This document shows positions 28,095 to 36,348 of a stretch of DNA of 50,109 nt, one piece after another. The translations under genes were made by a program, and so were the position numbers. The stretch spans positions 1-50,109 of the forward strand of contig CAWVXU010000008.1 in assembly GCA_963934255.1 (NCBI GenBank), read 5' to 3'. The stretch is from an uncultured Fibrobacterales bacterium (lineage in GTDB: Bacteria > Fibrobacterota > Fibrobacteria > Fibrobacterales > CAWVXU01). Each line of letters begins with the position of its first letter. Position 1 is the stretch's first letter. Under the pieces are notes generated by a model. It was not told where the DNA came from, searched no databases, and saw only the letters and a program-made list of their open reading frames with translations.

Positions 28095-29951
28095 ATGAGG
28101 AATTTTGTTGTGATAGCCTTTTTTGATTTTGACGATACATTAATGTGTGGAGACAGTATTCTGTATTGGAATTGTTTTCTATTTGAAGAGAAACCACAGC
28201 TTCGCAAACACAGGTGGATAGTTTACCTAGGCCTTGTGCTCTGGTGCCTTAAGATTATCTCAACCCACACACTCAAGCGCTTTCAACTCAAAGCGACTTC
28301 TTACTTGAGTGATGAAGAGCGCAGTGAGCTCGCTTCTCGTTTTGTACGCGAAGTTTTACCCAAATTTTTATATCCAGAAATGATTGCACGCATGCAGGGG
28401 CATAGCGCCGCTGGCCATCGTGTGGTGGTGGTCTCAGCCTCAGCTGACTTTTATATGAATCAAAAAATGATGTCTCAAATCTTACCATGTGATGAGGTGG
28501 TAGGCACCGAAATGGAATTTCCGGCCAAGGGTTTATTTCGAGTTCCCAGGTATGCTAGTACTAATTTTAAGGGGCCTCGCAAAGTAGAGATGCTTCGAGC
28601 ATTACCACAGTTCCCTGATGTTGATGTGGTTCCCGATAGCTATGGATATAGCGATCATTATAGCGACAGATTTTTATTGGAGTATACTCAGTTTCCTCAG
28701 GCGGTTCATCCTGATGCTGCGCTTGAGGTCCATGCTCGAGAAAAAAACTGGCCCATTTGGCGTCCTTTTAGACTCAAAAATGGTCGCTCTCGGTCACTTT
28801 GGAAATTAAAAATGCTCGTCTTTGCCAAAGGCATGGATCACAATCAGGTCCCTACGGGACTGGCTTGGAGATCACAGATGTTAGGGCTTTGGTTTGAGGC
28901 TTGGAAGTCTTGGGTTCTAGGCGATGGTGAGTGGGATGAGTTTTGGTACTTATCTCAGACTCTTAAGGGAGTGCCTCTTGAGCTTGCACTAGAAGAGATC
29001 TGGCTCAGGCACGAGTCTTTGAGCCTACCATTTATCCCGACAGCTCAATACATTGAAAAAGATAACCTGAGCCAGGGTTCATATTTAGTAGGTGAAATTT
29101 TACCTTATAGTACCTGGCGCCGCCTCAAGGATGAGTTTCAGCAAGGCTCATTTGATGAGGTCAAAATTCCGGTCCCGGGTGTGCGTGAGATGATGGCGCT
29201 GGATTGTCGTTTTATTGAAAACAGCTTAAAGCTCAATGGTGTTCCAGACCTGAGTTGGAATGATTTCTTTGAAGCTCGAGTTGAGCGTCATTCCCAATTA
29301 CTCAAAAAAGATTACCAAGCTGAAAAAGAAATGGTGTGGATGAAGAACTTGAGTTCGAGCTCTCTTCCTAAACAACTTTGCTTCTTGGATTTTAAAATAT
29401 TAGAAGTCGGTCGCGAACTCGTTTTGACTCGTGCTTCCCAAAGCGGGATCAATTTTAGATATCAAGTTGAGTCCAGGCTAGTTGACTTAAATATTCTCGA
29501 TGAGTTTCTTCTCTTGATGAAAGAGAGCTTAGCTAAAGAGGTTATCACTGAATTTCGTTTTGGTCAAGTGTGGCGCTATGTCGCGGGTGATTGGCTTGTG
29601 TTAGACCCCAATGCTCTCTATCCTGCGGTCGCTGGTGCGGGCAATTCATTTTGTAATTGGCTCGAAGACCCCTCAAATTTTGAGAAACGCAGCTGTTTTG
29701 AAGGAGTTGATTTCAACGTCCTCGCCCGATACAGTGGTGACGCATTAATCCTATTACAAAAAATATTTGCACCTATTTTGGAAGTCAAAGGTTTAGCCGA
29801 TAGTTGGTCTTTTTATCACAGTGTCAGCAAAAGTGAATTGGAAGATTATTTAGGAGCTCTCAATCCCTTTTGTTTTGATATTGCGATGAATCTGGTCGAG
29901 CTCAAAGAGTGCCGGATGAAATTAATTCCAGCAGATCAAGTGACTCAGTGA
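28095..29951 (+). CDS. HAD-IB family hydrolase fused to a ~420-aa uncharacterised C-terminal domain
   Basis: HAD motif I FDFDDTL near the N-terminus and motif II VVVSASADF. Start taken as ATG 28095 (the ORF track begins at GTG 28092). Confidence 0.6.
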   Translation: MRNFVVIAFFDFDDTLMCGDSILYWNCFLFEEKPQLRKHRWIVYLGLVLWCLKIISTHTLKRFQLKATSYLSDEERSELASRFVREVLPKFLYPEMIARMQGHSAAGHRVVVVSASADFYMNQKMMSQILPCDEVVGTEMEFPAKGLFRVPRYASTNFKGPRKVEMLRALPQFPDVDVVPDSYGYSDHYSDRFLLEYTQFPQAVHPDAALEVHAREKNWPIWRPFRLKNGRSRSLWKLKMLVFAKGMDHNQVPTGLAWRSQMLGLWFEAWKSWVLGDGEWDEFWYLSQTLKGVPLELALEEIWLRHESLSLPFIPTAQYIEKDNLSQGSYLVGEILPYSTWRRLKDEFQQGSFDEVKIPVPGVREMMALDCRFIENSLKLNGVPDLSWNDFFEARVERHSQLLKKDYQAEKEMVWMKNLSSSSLPKQLCFLDFKILEVGRELVLTRASQSGINFRYQVESRLVDLNILDEFLLLMKESLAKEVITEFRFGQVWRYVAGDWLVLDPNALYPAVAGAGNSFCNWLEDPSNFEKRSCFEGVDFNVLARYSGDALILLQKIFAPILEVKGLADSWSFYHSVSKSELEDYLGALNPFCFDIAMNLVELKECRMKLIPADQVTQ

Positions 29952-29959
29952 AAATTCTT

Positions 29960-31249
29960 ATGATGGGGAGTGTCTATCCTCGACATCACGATGATAGTGA
30001 AGTTCCTTGGATGCGTGAGACTGTGGCAAGATTAGTTGCCAAAGGAGTGGAAGTTGAGATACTAGCCCCTTCATGGCGCTCACTCAAGTCACACCAAATT
30101 GATGGAGTTCAAGTACACCGCTTCCGGTATGCGCCTGGACCTTGGGAGTTTTTAACTCATGATGAAGGTGCACCGTCCAAGCTTGCGCGCAACCCCCTTT
30201 TTCAACTACTAGCGATTCCGTATATTATTATCGGCGCTTTGATGTGTTTCTGGCTCACTTGGCGCCGCGGCTATGATGCTTTACATGTTCATTGGCCGTT
30301 TCCACATGCTTTGATGGTTTTACCAGCACAACTGATCCTACGGACTCCTGTATTACTTAATTTTCACGGAGCCTCACTTTTACTACAACGTAAATTTTTC
30401 TTTGTACGACCTTGCTTAAAGCTAGTCATCAAGATGGCTAATGGAGTTTTGACTAATTCGTCCTTTACACGAGACAAGGTATTAGATGTTCTTGATGTAG
30501 ATGTCATGTTAAGTCCTTATGGCTCTCCTATTGAAGTGGATGAATCCATTGTGTCTATTGAAATAAAAAGCCATGTAATAAATGAACAAATTGACCAGGA
30601 TTCAATGGATGCAGTGAGTCAAGATTCAAACGAACCTGCGGTTCAAAATTTCTCACATACAAACCCATTCAAAATCCTTTTTGTAGGACGGCATATCGAG
30701 CGTAAAGGCATTGAGTATTTGATTCAAGCATTTCAACTTTTAGCTAGCAGACATCCAGATCTCGTTTCTACCATGCAACTAGAAATAGTCGGAGGTGGTG
30801 AGTCTACAGATACATTAAAGGTTCTAGCTGCAAAGACCCCCAATCTCCCCATTATTTTCCCTGGCAAAATTTCAACTGAGGATTTAATGACTGTCTATCA
30901 AGAAGCCGACCTCTTTGTCTTACCGGCTATCGTCGACAGCAAGGGTGACACAGAAGGCTTAGGTGTGGTGCTAATCGAGGCAATAGTATCCCACACAGCA
31001 ATTATAGCCAGTCGAGTCGGCGGCATTGTCGATGTAGTGATTAATGAGAAAACGGGCCTTCTCGTTGAGGAGAAAAATCCACAAGATTTAATGGAAGCAA
31101 TTCTTAAAGTTTACTCTGACGAAAAACTTCGAACTAAACTATGTGCTCAAGCCCAAATACATGCCCAAGAATTTTTTGATTGGGAGGTCATCACTCTAAG
31201 GTTAATTGCCGAATATGAACGGGTGATTCAGGCATCAGCGGAATTATAA
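29960..31249 (+). CDS. GT4-family glycosyltransferase
   Basis: ATG ATG at 29960, 8 nt after the upstream stop. The ORF-track start at 29909 overlaps the previous gene. C-terminal EX7E-type motif EGLGVVLIEA...GGIVDVV typical of GT4 (GT-B fold). Confidence 0.75.
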   Translation: MMGSVYPRHHDDSEVPWMRETVARLVAKGVEVEILAPSWRSLKSHQIDGVQVHRFRYAPGPWEFLTHDEGAPSKLARNPLFQLLAIPYIIIGALMCFWLTWRRGYDALHVHWPFPHALMVLPAQLILRTPVLLNFHGASLLLQRKFFFVRPCLKLVIKMANGVLTNSSFTRDKVLDVLDVDVMLSPYGSPIEVDESIVSIEIKSHVINEQIDQDSMDAVSQDSNEPAVQNFSHTNPFKILFVGRHIERKGIEYLIQAFQLLASRHPDLVSTMQLEIVGGGESTDTLKVLAAKTPNLPIIFPGKISTEDLMTVYQEADLFVLPAIVDSKGDTEGLGVVLIEAIVSHTAIIASRVGGIVDVVINEKTGLLVEEKNPQDLMEAILKVYSDEKLRTKLCAQAQIHAQEFFDWEVITLRLIAEYERVIQASAEL

Positions 31250-31273
31250 AACAAATCCATACTAGAAGACAAG

Positions 31274-31303
31274 AAATGCGCGCCATAGTATAGCGACGCA
31301 TTT
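31274..31303. terminator. bidirectional hairpin between convergent genes
   Basis: AAATGCGCGCC...GCGACGCATTT inverted repeat between the GT4 gene end and the minus-strand 31341 gene end. Confidence 0.35.
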
Positions 31304-31340
31304 CAAATTATCAGTAATTTATCCTACACTTAGCCCGTAA

Positions 31341-31769
31341 TTAACCCGCAACAGTGCGACTTCCTGGAGCATTGATATAAGCATTAATTGCCCTGTGATG
31401 TTTGTTTTGTGATACCAAGTTGTTACGTAGGCCCTGGCTTTTTTTACGAATAGTCAGGATGATTTCATGGTGTTGTCTAAGGACAGTAGGTTCCATCTCC
31501 ACGATGTTTTTGCGAAACTCACTGACCCAAGCTGCTTGGGATACACTTAAAGATTCCATCCACTGAGCATTAGTGAAATAACAAACCAAAAGTTCTGTGA
31601 TTTCTTGCCCACGACTCAAAAGACGATGTCTAGAATTCATCCATTTAGGAACATCAGTTCCCTGACATTTTTTGAGTTCAACACCGATATTAATCACCTC
31701 TTCATAAGTTGCACGAAGATGCTTGAGTGATCCTACTAAGGCTTGATATTCTTCTAAACGAACTGGCAT
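31341..31769 (-). CDS. hypothetical protein downstream of fliS (possible flagellar chaperone by position only)
   Basis: 142 aa; starts 45 nt after the fliS stop on the same strand. No recognisable motif. Confidence 0.45.
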   Translation of the reverse strand: MPVRLEEYQALVGSLKHLRATYEEVINIGVELKKCQGTDVPKWMNSRHRLLSRGQEITELLVCYFTNAQWMESLSVSQAAWVSEFRKNIVEMEPTVLRQHHEIILTIRKKSQGLRNNLVSQNKHHRAINAYINAPGSRTVAG

Positions 31770-31814
31770 AATTTTTCCTTAAAACTCTCAACTGCAGAGA
31801 ATTTAAAATGGTAT

Positions 31815-32243
31815 CTAACCGACAAGACTAACGTTAGAGCGACTAGCTGCACTCATATTGACGGTACCTGTTTTGCGAACATTGTCAAAGCACTGAACCC
31901 AAGCCTCGCGAAGAGAACTCATCATTGTTTTAACTTCTTGGACATTTTTAGCAGAATTCTGGATGTTTGCTTCTGATAAATGATGATTGTAGAAATCATA
32001 TAAGCGTTGAAGATTGGTAGCAACTTCCCCACCTTTATCAAAATCAAGAGCACAAAGAAGTTCAGTGATACCATCTTGTACTTTAAAGATTGCTTTAGTA
32101 CGAGTTTCAATATCACCACGCTCGATTGCATCAATAGCAGCATTACACCACTTGAGGCAATGGTCATAGATCATCAGAATTAATTTACCACGATCTGCAG
32201 TGGCAATATCTGTATTTTGATAATTTCGAGTATTTCCGTACAT
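31815..32243 (-). CDS. fliS: flagellar export chaperone FliS
   Basis: AGGAG RBS. Helical ~140-aa protein. The N-terminal YQ...I.TA...KLI.M.YD and central region match the FliS family. Immediately downstream of fliD. Confidence 0.8.
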   Translation of the reverse strand: MYGNTRNYQNTDIATADRGKLILMIYDHCLKWCNAAIDAIERGDIETRTKAIFKVQDGITELLCALDFDKGGEVATNLQRLYDFYNHHLSEANIQNSAKNVQEVKTMMSSLREAWVQCFDNVRKTGTVNMSAASRSNVSLVG

Positions 32244-32252
32244 ATTGTACTC

Positions 32253-34301
32253 CTATCTAAGTGAACTCATTTGAGCCTGGAAAGCCGAGCTTTGTGAATT
32301 CAATCGTTGTACACTTTGTTCAAGGGCTGCATACTCTTTAATGAGAGATGCTCTAAAGCGATCGACTCGATCTTGCATATCATTAATACGCTGATCAAAG
32401 CGATCAATTCTAGTGTCGTAAGCTTCTGTTGTTTGTTTAAAAATGCCATCGACATAGTCATTAGACACTTCATAAAAAAGATTCATTTTCGAGGCAAGAC
32501 CACGAGAGAATGTAAATGTACCAGAACCCGTGCCAGCTTCCGCCTCTATGCTCAGCCCCTTAGTATTGCCTTCACCACCAGTGAGAACTTTACCAATACG
32601 AGTCCCTGTAACACCACCCATAATATTACTGTCAGCATCGACATTATAAATACCAGCCACAGTGTCTTTGGTGAAACGCCCGAGTTCGTGATTGGGGTTA
32701 TCAGAATAACCCGAACTTGCAAATAAGCGACGTACACCATCAAAGTCTGTTTTTATAGCCTTTTCAAATTCTTCTTTGTCCATTTCGAGAAAGCCAGTAC
32801 TACCGTTTGTAGTAATGCCTACTCGAGAAAGTGAAGTGTATTGAGTGATGTCTTCGAGTTCCGCCACACTGCTCGTCATAATTGCTTGAATTTCATTTCT
32901 CAATCGACGTATACCCATGTCTCCTGCGAGTACACCTTTTTTAGATTCATCTTCTTTAGAATCATTACTGTCAAAATCGTTTTGAGATTGATCACTTTCA
33001 GAGACTTGAACCTTTGTTTTTTCGTCAATGAACTTCAAAAGAGAATTATACTCTTCCATGAAACCAGAAACTTTTTCTGTAATCCCTGCAAAGTCACGGC
33101 CCAGGCTCAGTTGAATAGTTTCACCCGGATCGGTTACTTTTTTAAGATTAAAAGTTGTACCCTGAACAATACCTTCGGCTTTGTTACCATTGGAGCTACT
33201 AGCGATTCCATCAAGGGTGAAGAATGCTTTTTTACCTTCTTGCATGAGGTTAGTAAAGCTGTTAGCTATTTTTGAAGAGCCTAGAGCTAAACTTGAACCA
33301 CTAGCGTCACTATCAACGAAGCTTAAGTCTAAAGTCATTTCAATAGCACCAGAAGAAGTGTCTAGAATTTGAATCTCACCAGAATCATTGAGATTGGCGG
33401 TGACACTTGAACCAAAAGCGACTTCAATTTGAGATAAGATATCAGCCATTGTGGTTGTGGCAGTATCAATAACCAAATCTGTTTGTGTAGCCGCTGAACC
33501 ATCGGCCATCGTTCCGTTAATACGAAGTATATCACCATCAGTGAGGTTGTTTTGGCCAATACCTGTGCTAAGATCACTGAGAAGGCTAGCCTCTTTTGCC
33601 GGACCACCTTCTCCTAATTTAAAATCATAAGATGTTTGGGCACGCTGAGTGTCACCGATGAGTCCTAGTCCAGTATTTGTCAGAACATTGCCTGTTAACT
33701 CATTCATGGTGTACATGTTTGAGCCTTTACCTTTACTAGTTAGTACGAGTCGATTATCGTTTTCGCCTAAGGTTAAGATAGAAGCTGAGATGCCAATGGC
33801 ATCGGAAGCGTTAATTTTATTCATGACATCTTGAAGCGTATCACTGGCAAGAAGTTCAATTTCAGTAGTAGTTTTACTTGGGTCATTTTCAATCGCATCA
33901 GTAGTATTTGATACTTCAAAAGAACCAGCGAAGCCCATGGCTACTGTAGTAGAGGCAAAGGCACCGGAAGCTATTTTTTGAGAGCTAGCTAATTCTTCAA
34001 TTTCTAATTCAAATGAACCTGGAGTTGCTTGTTCGCCACCAGAGATTGTGGCATTTTCTTCAAGATTAGAGCTGGCAGAGTAAAGGTTAAAATTTTCCAT
34101 GTCACTAATGGAATCAGCTTTACTGGCGAAGTTCGCGATGCGAGTAACCAAGTCTTCATAAGCTTTTTTCTGATCTTCAACATCAATTTGCTTTCTAACT
34201 TCTCTAGTCACACGCAATTGCTCTAAATCAGTCAAACCATCAATGATGGCATTTGTATCCAACCCTGATGCTAGTCCGCCGACTGATAGTGCTTCTGCCA
34301 T
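32253..34301 (-). CDS. fliD: flagellar filament capping protein FliD (hook-associated protein 2)
   Basis: N-terminus (GLASGLDTNAIIDGL...LE) and C-terminus (...YAALEQSVQRLNSQSSAFQAQMSSL) match conserved FliD termini. 682 aa. Confidence 0.8.
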   Translation of the reverse strand: MAEALSVGGLASGLDTNAIIDGLTDLEQLRVTREVRKQIDVEDQKKAYEDLVTRIANFASKADSISDMENFNLYSASSNLEENATISGGEQATPGSFELEIEELASSQKIASGAFASTTVAMGFAGSFEVSNTTDAIENDPSKTTTEIELLASDTLQDVMNKINASDAIGISASILTLGENDNRLVLTSKGKGSNMYTMNELTGNVLTNTGLGLIGDTQRAQTSYDFKLGEGGPAKEASLLSDLSTGIGQNNLTDGDILRINGTMADGSAATQTDLVIDTATTTMADILSQIEVAFGSSVTANLNDSGEIQILDTSSGAIEMTLDLSFVDSDASGSSLALGSSKIANSFTNLMQEGKKAFFTLDGIASSSNGNKAEGIVQGTTFNLKKVTDPGETIQLSLGRDFAGITEKVSGFMEEYNSLLKFIDEKTKVQVSESDQSQNDFDSNDSKEDESKKGVLAGDMGIRRLRNEIQAIMTSSVAELEDITQYTSLSRVGITTNGSTGFLEMDKEEFEKAIKTDFDGVRRLFASSGYSDNPNHELGRFTKDTVAGIYNVDADSNIMGGVTGTRIGKVLTGGEGNTKGLSIEAEAGTGSGTFTFSRGLASKMNLFYEVSNDYVDGIFKQTTEAYDTRIDRFDQRINDMQDRVDRFRASLIKEYAALEQSVQRLNSQSSAFQAQMSSLR

Positions 34302-34336
34302 GATGATATCCGTGTTTAAGAGTATTCTTATCTTCT

Positions 34337-34366
34337 ATATCGGATTATAATTTTCAGGACTTTAAG
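34337..34366 (-). promoter_or_regulatory. sigma28 (FliA)-type promoter candidate upstream of fliD
   Basis: Minus-strand reading: CTTAAAGTCC-tgaaaattataat-CCGATATA, which resembles TAAAGTTT-N11-GCCGATAA. About 40-65 nt upstream of the fliD ATG. Confidence 0.35.
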
Positions 34367-34432
34367 TTTTATTTCACTATTTATATTTAGGATGTTGAGT
34401 TTTTTAAAGTTCAGATAGTGTGGAGTTTGGGG

Positions 34433-35392
34433 TTATTTGGGTAAATCCCAAAGGTCTTCCCGATTTCGATCATCCCAGAGTCGCTTACACTTATTAATCC
34501 ACTTTAAACATGAGTTTAAGTTTGGACTATTTACTGCGTTGAGCTCAGATTTGATTCGATCTAGGCTACTTTGGTATTCTCGGCATAGCTTATTATTCTT
34601 AAAGTAGAGCTCCAGCGCAGATAGAACATAAGTACCTTGATACTCATGTTCGGCATTGGGAAAGTCTGTTTTGAGATAGGTTGTTTGCAATGTTTCGCGT
34701 GCTAGATTTAAACTTTCATCAAAGTTTAAATTATTTAATCGTTGGATTAATGCAATTTTCAGCCAATAGTTGGCTTTCTTGTAGGTTGCAGAATTAACGC
34801 CAAAAGTAATTTCTGTTTCCACTCTTTTAATTGCCAAGCGATAGGAATTAATTGCACCACTATAATTTCTGACCTTCAATAAAGGGTTGGCAGTTGTGTC
34901 AAATTCTTCTGCAAGTGATTGTCTTACTCCCATATTGTGAATTAGCTCGACAATGATACTCGGACTCATATTTGATTTTTGAAATTCGTTTCGAGTTCGG
35001 CTCCAGACATTAAAATCTTTTTTATCAGGACTAGCGAAATAACATTTAGGACAGACAGTCACTGCATAATGGGGATAATTCACTTTACGATAGTCACCTG
35101 CACTGCTATAGATAGGCATCATAAATGGATCTAAAACAGTCACTTGAGATTTGGATCTCAGCTCCCATGCTTGAATATCCCGATTTTTACAGACCGGGCA
35201 TTGGACTTTGATAGTATAAAGCGGATCTTCACCAGGTTCAGCCTTTTCTTGATCAGGAGCGGTCATTTCTCGAATAGCTTTGATATTAGGCATAGAGAGT
35301 TCCACCCCAAATCTATCTAGGTACATTTTAACGAGCTCTTCATTATTATCTAAGAACATCATTAATCGTCTTTTGACTGCTAGAATATCCAT
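34433..35392 (-). CDS. hypothetical protein with CxxC...CxxC zinc-ribbon and helical repeat region, upstream of fliD
   Basis: ATG at 35392. CPVC...CPKC motifs (aa ~65-115). C-terminal half helical (TPR-like). No confident family call. Confidence 0.5.
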   Translation of the reverse strand: MDILAVKRRLMMFLDNNEELVKMYLDRFGVELSMPNIKAIREMTAPDQEKAEPGEDPLYTIKVQCPVCKNRDIQAWELRSKSQVTVLDPFMMPIYSSAGDYRKVNYPHYAVTVCPKCYFASPDKKDFNVWSRTRNEFQKSNMSPSIIVELIHNMGVRQSLAEEFDTTANPLLKVRNYSGAINSYRLAIKRVETEITFGVNSATYKKANYWLKIALIQRLNNLNFDESLNLARETLQTTYLKTDFPNAEHEYQGTYVLSALELYFKNNKLCREYQSSLDRIKSELNAVNSPNLNSCLKWINKCKRLWDDRNREDLWDLPK

Positions 35393-35475
35393 TTGTACCT
35401 TTAGTCTCTCTGATAATTTTCATTATCTTATATTAACCATTAAAAAGTCAAGGAATTGTTCAATTGACCCAAGGC

Positions 35476-36348
35476 ATGAAATACTTCCTGACACCCGTTC
35501 TACTCCTGACAGAACTATTGAAGTTTCTCAATTGCCAATTGAATTTAAAAAGACGCCCCTTAGTGAGCCAAATATTGAAAGTAGGACAGCATGGGATTGT
35601 CGTCGGGAGTCCTCATATTTCTGGCGCCGGTCGAACTCAGTTTTGTTATCACCTCCTCAAAGCTTTAAATAATCTCGACCAGGTTTTAGTTCTTTCTTAT
35701 GACGTGCATAGGGATTTGGCAAAACCATCAGATGACGCCTTGTTTTTGATGGAGCTCGGTGTTAAAGTGGTTATCACCTCAAATCGATCTTTGAGTATCC
35801 GAGAAAACCCAGAATATAAATACTACCTCTTTGATGGTGGTTGGGAAGACCCAGCATTAGACGACTCAATTCATATTGGTTTGTTTAGATCTCATTACCA
35901 AGCCAACTGGCGCAATCTTTGGCCTTTGGGGGATTTAAGAAGCTTGCCTAAAAACCATAAAACTCGAAAAAACAATCAAATAGACTTGCATTGGTCAAAA
36001 AATATCAATTGGTCTGAAGATACGCCAGTAAATAATCAAGCTAAAAAGTGGGATTTCCAAGCTTCAAGTTCCTTATTGTTGTCAGGTGGAGACCAAGAGG
36101 GGTTAAAGTATTGTCTAGAGCAAAGAGGCTTTATATTTGATGAGGTTTTTTCTTTAAGAGATCATAGTCGTCAATTGGAGTCTAAATTGTTATTTCTACT
36201 AGATACAAAGCCCTACGCGCAAGTTCTTATAACAAATAAAGAACGAGTAAAGTGTACTAAAATGACTTTAGAGAGTAGCAGAATTTTTATTTTGGACGAT
36301 CAGATTCTTGGATTTAATTTCCAAGATTTTTGGAAAGATTTATTATGA
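35476..36348 (+). CDS. LpxK (tetraacyldisaccharide 4'-kinase)-like protein with degenerate P-loop
   Basis: The ORF-track start at 35464 is TTG; the first ATG is 35476. IVVGSPHISGAGRTQF sits in the position of the LpxK VxVGNxTxGGxGKTP Walker A, and LVLSYDV in that of LSRGYG; the Walker lysine is replaced by Arg. Confidence 0.4.
   Translation: MKYFLTPVLLLTELLKFLNCQLNLKRRPLVSQILKVGQHGIVVGSPHISGAGRTQFCYHLLKALNNLDQVLVLSYDVHRDLAKPSDDALFLMELGVKVVITSNRSLSIRENPEYKYYLFDGGWEDPALDDSIHIGLFRSHYQANWRNLWPLGDLRSLPKNHKTRKNNQIDLHWSKNINWSEDTPVNNQAKKWDFQASSSLLLSGGDQEGLKYCLEQRGFIFDEVFSLRDHSRQLESKLLFLLDTKPYAQVLITNKERVKCTKMTLESSRIFILDDQILGFNFQDFWKDLL

Noticed and set aside
32307-34226. Plus-strand ORFs antisense to fliD (32307..32726, 32841..33275, 33181..33372, 33649..33834, 34029..34226) and minus-strand alternate-frame ORFs (32552..32743, 33362..33607, 34004..34186)
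   Set aside because: fliD is unambiguous on the minus strand. These shadow ORFs have no RBS and low-complexity products.
35280-35672. 130-aa plus-strand ORF spanning the 34433..35392 gene start and the LpxK-like gene start
   Set aside because: Overlaps two better supported genes on both sides. Arises from the TTG/alternative-start convention of the ORF track.
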